From NCBI RefSeq assembly GCF_015207365.1, contig NZ_JADEXA010000076.1, positions 1 to 28,524 on the forward strand: a stretch of 28,524 nt of DNA, given 5' to 3'. The position numbers were made by a program, and so were the translations under genes. The notes below the pieces were generated by a model. The model searched no databases. It was not told where the DNA came from and saw only the letters and a program-made list of their open reading frames with translations. This document shows, piece by piece, positions 7,874 to 17,000 of this stretch (position 1 is the first letter of the stretch; the number at the start of each line of letters is the position of its first letter). The DNA comes from Vacuolonema iberomarrocanum LEGE 07170 (lineage in GTDB: Bacteria > Cyanobacteriota > Cyanobacteriia > Elainellales > Elainellaceae).

Positions 7874-8353
7874 CTACAAATCAAAGCGATAGCGGATGGC
7901 TCCTGTTACCGGATCGTTTGTCGTCTCCACGTACCCCAAGCGCTCCGCTTCATAGAGCAATTCCCGTAACTGCGCTGCGTCTAACTCTGTAGAAAGTGCC
8001 GCCTGCGCAGGTGAAAGAATCCCTCCATATTCATGAGCAGCCCGAAGTAATTTCTGCATGGGGCTGCTCTCTTGTGTTGGGCGTGGAGCTTCTACAACTC
8101 GAGACTGAGCAATCACTGGCATGATCACAGGGTTCATGCCGCCTTGTAACCGCAAAAGCTCCTGATTCCGCTGATCAACCATTCCAGGAATTAAGAATAG
8201 GTCAATGAGCTGCCCAAAGCCCACAATACCAAACGTAAAAAGATAAATAACCCCGCTCAGAATTCGTCCAGTGTACAGCCGATGAATGCCACAAACTCCA
8301 AAGATACTTAAAGCCCAAAGGAGATAAGCCGTCGGATAATTGACTCTCTGCAT
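7874..8353 (-). CDS. TM2 domain-containing membrane protein
   Basis: TM2-like hairpin: YLLWALSIFGVCGIHRLYTGRILSGVIYLFTFGIVGFGQLIDLFLIP. The ORF-track start at 8365 is GTG; the first ATG is at 8353. Confidence 0.75.
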   Translation of the reverse strand: MQRVNYPTAYLLWALSIFGVCGIHRLYTGRILSGVIYLFTFGIVGFGQLIDLFLIPGMVDQRNQELLRLQGGMNPVIMPVIAQSRVVEAPRPTQESSPMQKLLRAAHEYGGILSPAQAALSTELDAAQLRELLYEAERLGYVETTNDPVTGAIRYRFDL

Positions 8354-8504
8354 GTTAAATTGCACCGTTAAACGTAAATTCTATCCTATTCAATTTATTC
8401 AACATTTGGGCGATATTTGAGCAGAGAATTACAATTTTTCAATTTGTAAATATCTCGCTAGGCCGTACAGCAAGGGGCTTTTATATTCACCCAGCTGACC
8501 TAGC

Positions 8505-8589
8505 CTATAGCGATCTCAAATGATATGTGAAATCGGATGTGAAAGGTGGGCACAGCCCACCTTTCACATCCGATTTCGGATTGCTATAG
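8505..8589. repeat. 85-bp nested palindromic element with a 23-bp perfect stem
   Basis: GAAATCGGATGTGAAAGGTGGGC (8529-8551) - aca - GCCCACCTTTCACATCCGATTTC (8555-8577). Outer arms are CTATAGCGATC (8505-8515) and GATTGCTATAG (8579-8589), matching at 10/11 positions. Confidence 0.8.
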
Positions 8590-8640
8590 AAGGATATAAA
8601 CAATCTGCATAGAGCCCTAAAAGACGACAATAGCAGGAAC

Positions 8641-8669
8641 AAAAAAAGGTTGGTAGAGATCTACCAACC
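8641..8669 (-). terminator. rho-independent terminator for the 8718..9374 gene
   Basis: GGTTGGTAG-agat-CTACCAACC (8648-8669), followed on the minus strand by T7 (A7 at 8641-8647 on +). It lies 49 nt past the stop. Confidence 0.65.
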
Positions 8670-8717
8670 TCACAGAAACAGGTAAAAGCTTCTGCTTAGA
8701 TGCACAGAGCTATCTAG

Positions 8718-9374
8718 TTAGATGCCAGCTCTATCCGATGCAGGCAATCCGACAATATCGTCGAACGCAGCAGCCAATGCACAGCTTGATAGTGGAATCG
8801 TGAATAGTAAACCAACACCTAGCAGTAGAGCCCCACCTACATTGATCAGAGCTAGCAAAATAAGAAAGATGAAAAAGGAAAACCAGTTGCGTGAAATGAT
8901 CTTACGACTGGACTCCATCGCTTCCCAAAAGTCAAAATTCCGTCCGACGACAAATGCTACTGAAAAGCTGTAGGCAACAGCTAGAAAAATACCTGGAATG
9001 ATCAGCAAAATCAATCCGAGTAATACAAAAATTCCAACCAGTAGACTTGTGAGAAAAATAGGTAAAAAACTATTAAACCCACGGAAGAAGTCGCCAAACT
9101 CTGTGGATTGTCGCTTGATAATTTTGAATGCAACGATTAAGAAGCCTGCCGATAAAGCTGGGCTGATGACATTTACAACAGCATTCACCAACGGCAACAA
9201 GCGCTCGGGCATAACAGCGGGAATGAAGGAGAACAGCAACAGGATGACAGTAAAGCCAATAAACCCACCGAGGTTTTGCTGCATGATCTCCCAGCCCCGC
9301 TGGATATATTCCCCAATTTTGACTTCATAGCCTTGCTGTAGAATTGAATCTACGCTTTTTTCACCGGAATACAT
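8718..9374 (-). CDS. multi-pass integral membrane protein, hypothetical
   Basis: 218 aa with about 5-6 hydrophobic segments. ATG is preceded by GGAG. Family not recognised with confidence. Confidence 0.7.
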   Translation of the reverse strand: MYSGEKSVDSILQQGYEVKIGEYIQRGWEIMQQNLGGFIGFTVILLLFSFIPAVMPERLLPLVNAVVNVISPALSAGFLIVAFKIIKRQSTEFGDFFRGFNSFLPIFLTSLLVGIFVLLGLILLIIPGIFLAVAYSFSVAFVVGRNFDFWEAMESSRKIISRNWFSFFIFLILLALINVGGALLLGVGLLFTIPLSSCALAAAFDDIVGLPASDRAGI

Positions 9375-9536
9375 ACGAAGAGGTTGCTCCTAAAACGCCA
9401 GAGAGATTTTTCAGGTAAAGTTTTGCACCTTTAACACTGGTCGATCGTACAAGACGTGATTCCAGAATTCATGAATCGGTAACAATCTCTAAAGAAAATT
9501 TTCGATGCTTCGCACAGAAAACTCTTGATACTTAAC

Positions 9537-10502
9537 TTAATATTGATAGGTTTTATTGAGACGGCTAACTAGGTATTCTCCAGCAAGAATTGGAGCATAA
9601 AGCGGTGGGTTTTGAGCATCCTGGCAACTGGGTAAACAGGCGATTTCGGTATCGGGATTGGCATCGCAGAAGAACACCACTGTATGGCGCGATCGCCCTG
9701 CACTGGTTCCCGGCGGAAAACAAACCCGATGAACTGTGGAACGATAATGGTGGTTGGTCCAGCGTTCCATCAAGTCACCCAAATTGACAAGCAGGGTTCC
9801 AGGTATGGGCGGTGCGGCCATCCACTCTCCACTGAGGGTTTGCACCTCTAGCCCACCGCTATTGTCTTGGGCAAGGAGGGTGATGGTGCCATAGTCGGTA
9901 TGTTCTCCCGCACGAATCTGGTTTACATCCAGCACGTTGGGTAGTGGCGGATAGTGCAGGAAACGGAGGGTGAACGGTTGCTGATCATGGCGTTGCACGA
10001 AGAAGTCTTCTGGAAGGTCGAGGGCGATCGCCAATCCCCGAAACACGCGATTCGCCACAGCAGAAAAGGCTGAAAATCCTGCCAGTACTGTCTCTCGGAA
10101 CTGGGGAAGCGCCTCCGGGTAGGCATTCTTGGGAGCGTCTGGTTCATCCCGCTCACAACCAAGGTTGTAGGTTTCTTTATAGTCGGTGGGGCGATCGGGG
10201 TTCAGCTTCTCTCGTCCCAGTTGCCCATAGCCCCGGTTGCTACGAGCCGTCGTCCAGGCACTCGCTTGCTTTTGCTCTAGGGGCAAGTCAAAGAAAGCAC
10301 GGCATTGCTCGAAGAGGGCATCGAGTTGGGTTTGCGACAAGCCATGTCCCCGCAGGTAGAAGAACCCAGTGTAGCGTGAGGCATTATCGATTTGCTGGGC
10401 GATCGCCCGTCGTGCTGTGGCATCTCGGTCAAAATCACTCAAGTCAATAATCGGTAGAGCGGGTTGAGCAATTGGTTCTTCGACAATAGTGGGTAGATGC
10501 AT
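9537..10502 (-). CDS. 2-oxoglutarate/Fe(II)-dependent oxygenase (isopenicillin N synthase-like family)
   Basis: HxD...H facial triad (GEHTDYGTITLL, STVHRV) and RHTVVFF. The N-terminal non-haem dioxygenase region is IDLSDF....A..I..A....GFFYL..HG. Confidence 0.9.
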   Translation of the reverse strand: MHLPTIVEEPIAQPALPIIDLSDFDRDATARRAIAQQIDNASRYTGFFYLRGHGLSQTQLDALFEQCRAFFDLPLEQKQASAWTTARSNRGYGQLGREKLNPDRPTDYKETYNLGCERDEPDAPKNAYPEALPQFRETVLAGFSAFSAVANRVFRGLAIALDLPEDFFVQRHDQQPFTLRFLHYPPLPNVLDVNQIRAGEHTDYGTITLLAQDNSGGLEVQTLSGEWMAAPPIPGTLLVNLGDLMERWTNHHYRSTVHRVCFPPGTSAGRSRHTVVFFCDANPDTEIACLPSCQDAQNPPLYAPILAGEYLVSRLNKTYQY

Positions 10503-10707
10503 GACGTTCTTATGGCTCCGTCGTTACGGACTTCTTGATACTTTAGGTCGCTTGATACTCTATTGAAAGATGCTCACTAAAAAGTGTGATGTATTGTGAT
10601 GTACGGTCGGGTATAAGTCTTAGCGTCGCTCTACGATCGCGTAATTTGCCCTCAGCCGATATTTGCTCGTAATCCGTAAATTTGCCCGTAAGCAGAAGGA
10701 GACCAAC

Positions 10708-11481
10708 ATGGATGTGATTCCCGCTATCGATTTACTAGATGGCCGCTGTGTGCGGTTGTATCAGGGCGATTACGAGCAATCGCAAGTCTTCAACGATGAC
10801 CCGGTGGCGGTGGCACGGCAATGGGCAGAGCAAGGTGCGACGCGGCTGCATTTGGTGGATCTGGATGGGGCGAAGGCCGGACATCCCGTAAACCAGGCTG
10901 TGATTCGGGAGATTGTACAAGCCGTAGATGTGCCTGTGGAAGTGGGCGGAGGATTGCGCGATCGCGACTCGGTCGCGGAGCTGCTGAGCTTGGGTGTGCG
11001 CTGGGCCATCCTCGGCACCGTAGCTGTAGAACAACCGCAACTAGTCGAAGCACTATGTCAGGAGTTTCCCAGTCAGATCATCGTCGGCATCGATGCCCGT
11101 AATGGTAAAGTGGCCACCCGAGGCTGGCTGGAAACCTCGGAGGTAGAGGCCGTAACGCTAGCACAGCAAATGCAAGGGTTTGGAGCTGCGGCCATCATCT
11201 ACACCGACATTCATCGCGATGGTACTTTGCAAGGGCCAAACCAGGACGCCCTACGAGAATTGGTGGGCGCGCTGTCGATTCCTGTCATCGCATCGGGCGG
11301 CGTCAGCTCCACCCGCGACCTGTTCAAGCTCCTGGTGTTGGAACCGCAGGGCGTCACAGGGGTCATCATCGGCAAAGCGCTTTATACGGGAGATTTAACC
11401 ATCAAAGACGCGACACGGGCAGTGGGGCAGGGCCGCTGGCAAGATATCCCCCCCGACTTTGGTTCTTCTGTTATCGCTTGA
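10708..11481 (+). CDS. hisA: 1-(5-phosphoribosyl)-5-[(5-phosphoribosylamino)methylideneamino]imidazole-4-carboxamide isomerase
   Basis: [50 protein letters not shown] lies 6 nt upstream of the ATG at 10708. The ORF-track start at 10663 is TTG. Confidence 0.95.
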   Translation: MDVIPAIDLLDGRCVRLYQGDYEQSQVFNDDPVAVARQWAEQGATRLHLVDLDGAKAGHPVNQAVIREIVQAVDVPVEVGGGLRDRDSVAELLSLGVRWAILGTVAVEQPQLVEALCQEFPSQIIVGIDARNGKVATRGWLETSEVEAVTLAQQMQGFGAAAIIYTDIHRDGTLQGPNQDALRELVGALSIPVIASGGVSSTRDLFKLLVLEPQGVTGVIIGKALYTGDLTIKDATRAVGQGRWQDIPPDFGSSVIA

Positions 11482-11574
11482 TGCGTCAAATCTGCGACTT
11501 CTCCTAACAACTGCAGTAGAGAGAATTGTCAGCCTCCAATAATTCGTAAGTTAGTTTTGTGTGGACGGAAAGAG

Positions 11575-11955
11575 ATGACTGAGGAAAGGGTCGGAGGAAT
11601 TATTTTTGGTGGGGCGATCGCCACCGACGATTTTCACACCCGCGACATCAATTCAGCCGTGGGGGTTGGGCTATTCGCGTCGCGCCACTTCAACCCAGGC
11701 GAAGACATTTATCCCTTTGACTACTGGTCACGTGACCTCATGCCCATGCATGTCACCAACCATTCCTGTGATGCCAACGGCGTCTTCAACGAAGCAGGAA
11801 TGCTCGTAGCCGTGCGAGATATTGAACCAGGCGAAGAAATCACTTTCAACTATTTGAAAACCCGCATCCCAGCTTCGCCTTGGAATTTCAAATGCCAGTG
11901 CGGAGCGGCAAACTGTGTCGGTTGGGTCGATGCTCGTTCGGAAAGCGAAAAATAA
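11575..11955 (+). CDS. SET domain protein (putative lysine methyltransferase) with post-SET Cys cluster
   Basis: NHSCDANG, EEITFNY and CQCGAANCVGW. The ORF-track start at 11557 is TTG; the first ATG is at 11575. Confidence 0.85.
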   Translation: MTEERVGGIIFGGAIATDDFHTRDINSAVGVGLFASRHFNPGEDIYPFDYWSRDLMPMHVTNHSCDANGVFNEAGMLVAVRDIEPGEEITFNYLKTRIPASPWNFKCQCGAANCVGWVDARSESEK

Positions 11956-11960
11956 TCCAT

Positions 11961-13214
11961 TCACGTAAACGAGCCCCCCGGTAGCATACTCCGCAAGCGC
12001 ACCGCCTCTTCTCGCCAGCCTCGCACCAACATATCCGTTTCGGGATTTTCCCCGGCTATGCGAACCCGATGCTTGCGAAACGCCAGCTCGTTTTGTGCCC
12101 ACAGTAGATCTCTGGCAATGCGCCGCTGCCCCCGACCAATCTGACGATTTTTGAAGGGGCGATCGCTCCGAATAGCTTCATATTCCTCTGTTGTAACCGC
12201 TCCGCCCACTTCCTCCAGCAGTTCTTCGCGGATGACACGCCGCTCCCATATCCCACTGCGCCAGAGCAGAAAGAGAATCAACACAAAGAAAGGTAGGAAA
12301 AGAATCAGATCAAACAGGCTCTTTTGTATCCAAACGGTCAGGAAACCCACTTGCGGGGGCGGCAACGATTCCTCGCTGGGGGCAATGCCCTGAGCACTGG
12401 CCGCAAGGGCAAACAGCAACCCCAAGCTGTTATTAAGGGCATGCGCCAGAACGGCCAACAGCCAACCGAAAACCGGGGCAACAAGCCGCACCCAGCCGCG
12501 AGCCGTTTGCAAGGCCAGCCCAAAAAATGCACCCAGGAGGCCGCTATAGAGGGTATGCCCCGCCATGCCAAGGAGAGAAAAGCGAGCACCAAACTGCAAC
12601 CCCCAGGGCGCGATGCCAAACTCGGCGTAGCTGGAGGCGACATAATGGGCCGACTCTAGCCAGTTGAAGCCAATCCCAACCAGCGCGCCATAGATGAAGC
12701 CATCGCGCATATTGTCGAACTCGGCATTGAAGAAGATAAGCAACGCCAGAATGCCCAGCCCCTTTATGGTTTCTTCCACCAGTGGCCCTGCGATCGGTGC
12801 GCCAATCAGGAAAGCGGCGTCGGGGCCAAGGGTGTCTTGTACCAATGGATTTTGGGTCACCCAGCCGCCAATTTCGGTCAGGATATAGGTGTTGATGGGG
12901 GCCGACAACCCCGTAGCGATGACGCCGCCCCAAAGCAGAGCTGTAGCGATCGCCCAAACGGATTCTCGCTCCCGCCGATCGAGATACCACAAAATCGAGA
13001 TGGGCACGACGGAGAGCACAGCGGCGATCGCCAGCGCCATCACAAACACCCAAGCCGCATCTGGGCGAAAGCGGGTTAGCAGACCCACTAACTGCACAAA
13101 AGCAAAGGCAAAAATGCCCAGCAGCACGCTAATGATGATCAGGGCAGAGCGACGGCGGCGCAACGGAGAACCAGCCATCAGTCGGGTAACAGGCGTAATC
13201 GCAGAGTGGGTCAT
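11961..13214 (-). CDS. PrsW-family intramembrane metalloprotease
   Basis: Multi-pass membrane protein with the PrsW signatures EETIKG (EExxxK) and HALNN (HxxxN). Its stop lies 5 nt from the convergent SET gene stop. Confidence 0.8.
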   Translation of the reverse strand: MTHSAITPVTRLMAGSPLRRRRSALIIISVLLGIFAFAFVQLVGLLTRFRPDAAWVFVMALAIAAVLSVVPISILWYLDRRERESVWAIATALLWGGVIATGLSAPINTYILTEIGGWVTQNPLVQDTLGPDAAFLIGAPIAGPLVEETIKGLGILALLIFFNAEFDNMRDGFIYGALVGIGFNWLESAHYVASSYAEFGIAPWGLQFGARFSLLGMAGHTLYSGLLGAFFGLALQTARGWVRLVAPVFGWLLAVLAHALNNSLGLLFALAASAQGIAPSEESLPPPQVGFLTVWIQKSLFDLILFLPFFVLILFLLWRSGIWERRVIREELLEEVGGAVTTEEYEAIRSDRPFKNRQIGRGQRRIARDLLWAQNELAFRKHRVRIAGENPETDMLVRGWREEAVRLRSMLPGGSFT

Positions 13215-13547
13215 GGCAGAGGCGATCGCAGGGCTAAATCACACGGTATTTCCTGCGAACGTCAGCATTTTCGGCGATCGCACCGATTCAGGCAAGTTCC
13301 CAAAGGGAGGATTGTGTTTGGAGGTGTTCGTTCGTAGGCTGGGCATGCCCAACGCTCTCAATCTCTGCAACGCTTCAGAGGCTCAGAGCTGCGACTTCTT
13401 GACCTCTCGCAAAAGATAGTGTGCTTCGCTTGGGAAAGAAGTCGCAGATCTTTCTCAAGCGAAGACCCCGATTTTTGGCTGTCGGTGAGATAGAACAGAG
13501 AAATAATCATCACTCCCCAGTTTTTGTCCGCTTTGGAGGCTGTGTTT

Positions 13548-14033
13548 ATGAGCGACCTGATTGACATTGAGAAATCTATTACTCGTTTGAAGCGTCAGCT
13601 ATCGGACAAAAGAAACACTCTGGTAACTATCGCACCAGAAGAGAAAGAACGGATTCGACAGCAAATCGAAGATCTACACGAAGAGATTCAGAGATTTGAG
13701 CAGGAAAAATGGGAGATTTTAGCAGAGCAGTCAGAATCCCTGGATTTTCCTGAGCCGGAAGCCGAAACAGCGGTGGTCGAAATTGTGGAAGCGGTCGCCC
13801 AACTTGAGACACAGCCTGTCGCATATCCCGAGGAAGTGATGCAAATCCTGTGGGAAATCCGCGACAAGCTCAACGAACCGGGGCCGACCGCTGCCGGAAA
13901 GCTCAAAGGCATTCTATCCAGCTTTCCACCGTTTGTCGGCATCACGTATGAAGCTGAACTGGATACCGAGAACTTTGCCCGCCAATACTTTCCGACGTTT
14001 ACAAAACTGATTAAGGGGGCGGCAAAAAAGTAA
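13548..14033 (+). CDS. hypothetical 161-aa protein: charged coiled-coil N-half, hydrophobic/aromatic Lys-tailed C-end; candidate partner of the downstream STAND NTPase
   Basis: ATG at 13548 is preceded by GGAGG (13535-13539). The ORF-track start at 13524 is TTG. The stop is 14 nt before the NB-ARC gene ATG on the same strand. No family recognised. Confidence 0.6.
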   Translation: MSDLIDIEKSITRLKRQLSDKRNTLVTIAPEEKERIRQQIEDLHEEIQRFEQEKWEILAEQSESLDFPEPEAETAVVEIVEAVAQLETQPVAYPEEVMQILWEIRDKLNEPGPTAAGKLKGILSSFPPFVGITYEAELDTENFARQYFPTFTKLIKGAAKK

Positions 14034-14047
14034 ATGCCCCTGGTTCG

Positions 14048-17000
14048 ATGGGGTCGGAACAGGGGCTGAACTATGGGCTGAATGCACTGGGAACGACGCT
14101 GTTTGTTGGACGGCGATCGGAGCTGGATGTCTTGCATCAGAAGCTGATAGGGAGCGGGGGCGATACTCAACAGGTTGCCATTGCTGCCGCAGCGGGGATG
14201 GGTGGCGTTGGCAAAACGGCCTTGGCACGCGCTTATGTGCGAGAACAGGCAACGGGCTATCCCGGTGGCATTTGGTGGCTTCGGGTGCGCGAGGTAGATC
14301 TGGTGTCAGAAATTTTGGCGGCGGCAGCATTTTTTGGCTGGGAGGTGCCCGACTTACCCATTGATGACCCAGAGCGAAAGCAAGTTCAGCAAGTGGCCTG
14401 GTGCTGGCAGCAGTGGCAAGATGCTGCACCGGGAAATCGATTGCTGGTGCTGGATGATGTACCGGACTACAGCACAATACAACCCTTCTTGCCGGGAGAT
14501 GCTTCCTTTCGGGTGTTGCTGACCTCAAGAAGGAGATTCAGTCAACCTGTAGATCAAATAGATCTGAGAGTAATGAAGCGAGCAGAAGCATTCCGCACCT
14601 TCCGTCGATATGTGAATGATGATGAGCGAATTCGAGTAGACGTAATAACGGCAAAAGCTATTCTGAACTGGCTAGGCTATTTACCACTGGGTATCGAGCT
14701 AATAGGAAAATATCTAGAGGCTCGCCCCAGTGTATCACTAGTAATTCTGTGGCAACGACTCCAAGAAAAGCGTTTGGATGCAAAAGCTCTGAAGGAGCTA
14801 CCTGAGGAACAGGCTTACGAATATGATATTCGGGCGGCTTTGGAACTTAGTTGGCAAGAGCTTTCGCCTTTGGCGCAACAGGTAGCAGGACTTCTCTCCA
14901 TCTTTGCTCTAGCACCAATTCAACAAGACTGGATCCTGTATGCCCTTAAGGATTTTAGACAGCCTCTAAACAAGGCATTCGCCAAATTAGTCTCAACGTT
15001 CAATCCTTTTCGGAAGCGAGGTACTCCTAATCTCATACTTAATATCACTTTAGAAGAGTTGGAAAATGTCCTGGACAAGGAACTAGTACAAGGTTCAATG
15101 GTGCAACGCTTGGAACCAGGTCGCTATCAATTGCATCAACTGGTGCAAGAATTCTTAGCGGATCACCTAAAAACTAAACTAGCTATCCACACCAAGGTCT
15201 TGCAACTAGGTGTTGTAAATGCTGTGGCTCAACAAGCTAAAATCATCCCTTCCTCCCCCACTTTAGCTGACTTGACTTATCTGCAAGATTTTATTCCACA
15301 CGCCACTACCATTGCCCACAAACTTATCCATTTATCACCCAATAATGCTGGATGGTTATTGACAAGTTTAGCAGCATTATCACAGCTACAAAACCGTTGG
15401 GACGAGGCTGAACACTGGCACAAGAAGTGGCTTAGCATGGCTGAGTTTCGTTTTGGCTCTAGTCATCCCGAAGTAGCTAATAGCTTAGATAATTTAGCTC
15501 TTTTTTATCAGACAGTAGGACGCTACGATGAAGCAGAATCCCTATATAAAAGAGCTCTTAATATCTACCAGAAATATTTAAGATCCAATAGTTCGGACAT
15601 TACTAGCAAACTTAATAATCTAGCATTACTTTACAACAACCTAGCATTACTTTATTGGAGGATGGAGCGATATGATGAGGCAGAATTCCTTTATCATGAA
15701 TCACTCGCTCTTAGGGAGGGTCAGATAGAAATAGATCATGACAATATTATTACTACCTTTAGTAATCTAGCAGTTCTTTACCGAGCAATGAAACGCTACG
15801 AAGAGTCAGAAAAACTGTGTAAAGAAGTGCTACTAGAAAGAGAACAACATCTTGGATCTGATCATCCCGCGGTTGCCACTAGTTTAAATAATCTAGCATT
15901 GTTATACGAAAAGATGGAGCGCTATGAGGAGGCTGAATCATTATACAAGCGAGCTTTCACTATTCAGAATCATCATATGGGGGATGATCATCCTGAAACT
16001 GCCAATATTCTATATAATTTAGCAAACCTTTATTACGAAATGAAGCACTATGAGAAGGCGGAGCAACTGTTTTGTCAAGTACTTCAAATTTATGAAACTC
16101 AATTTGGTGACGCTTATCCCCTGGTTGAAGAGTTATTATCGCCATTAATACTAGCTTGCTTAGAAAATCAGCAATATGATAGTGCTGAAGCTTTCTTATT
16201 AAAATTGATCCAGCTTAGAAGCGATAAATTAGGTAACAGTCATTCTGAAACATTAGCTACTCGTAGGTCTTTAGCAGCCTTGTACCGCTCAGTCAAGCGT
16301 TACAGGGAATCTGAAGCCTTATATTTAGATTTACTTCAGATTTACAATATTCAACTTGATGCTGATCCTTTCAACGCTGCGACGATCCTCAATGATTTGT
16401 CTGAGCTCTACATAGTGATGGAACGCTATTCTGAAGCAGAACATCTCTTAAAAAAACTGCTTCAGATTCGAGAGAGTCAATTAGGTAACGAGCATCTTGA
16501 TATAGCTGATTGTCTTAATAAGTTAGGTTATCTGTATACTTTGATTGGATATTATGAAGAAGCAGAGTCCTTGTATCTAAGAGTACTTCAGATTAGAAAT
16601 GCCTCTCTGGGAAGTACTCATCAGCTTACTGCTGACAGCTCGAATGACCTGGCATATCTTTATAAATCAATGGGACGTTATTCTGAAGCAGAGTTTTTGT
16701 ATCAGGAGGCGCTTAGGGTTTCAGAAAGCAATTTTGGGGCTGATAGTCTCGAAATTATTCTAAATTTGAATAACTTAGCAATGCTTTTGGAATCGATGGA
16801 ACGATATGAGAAAGCAAAAACACTAACTGAAAGAATACTTTATATTCAAACATTGCACTTGAGTGGTGATCACTCTGAGACTATAGATACTCTCTTTGAT
16901 TTGGCAAGCCTTCACAAATCAATGCAGCAATATAATGAAGCAGAATCATTGCTGCTGCAAGCTGTTCAGCTCTTAGAGAAAAATCTGGATTTTAGTCACC

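Noticed and set aside
12544-13419. 169-aa minus-strand and 176-aa plus-strand ORFs overlapping prsW
   Set aside because: They are in alternative frames or antisense to an ORF with clear PrsW motifs and transmembrane topology. Their Arg/Gly-rich composition is typical of off-frame GC-rich sequence.
13914-14528. 204-aa minus-strand ORF overlapping the small ORF 3' end and the STAND 5' end
   Set aside because: It is Pro/Arg/Ala-rich with no motifs and is antisense to the NB-ARC P-loop region. It ends exactly where GC content drops, so it is a by-product of GC-rich composition. I used it only as a marker of the composition switch.
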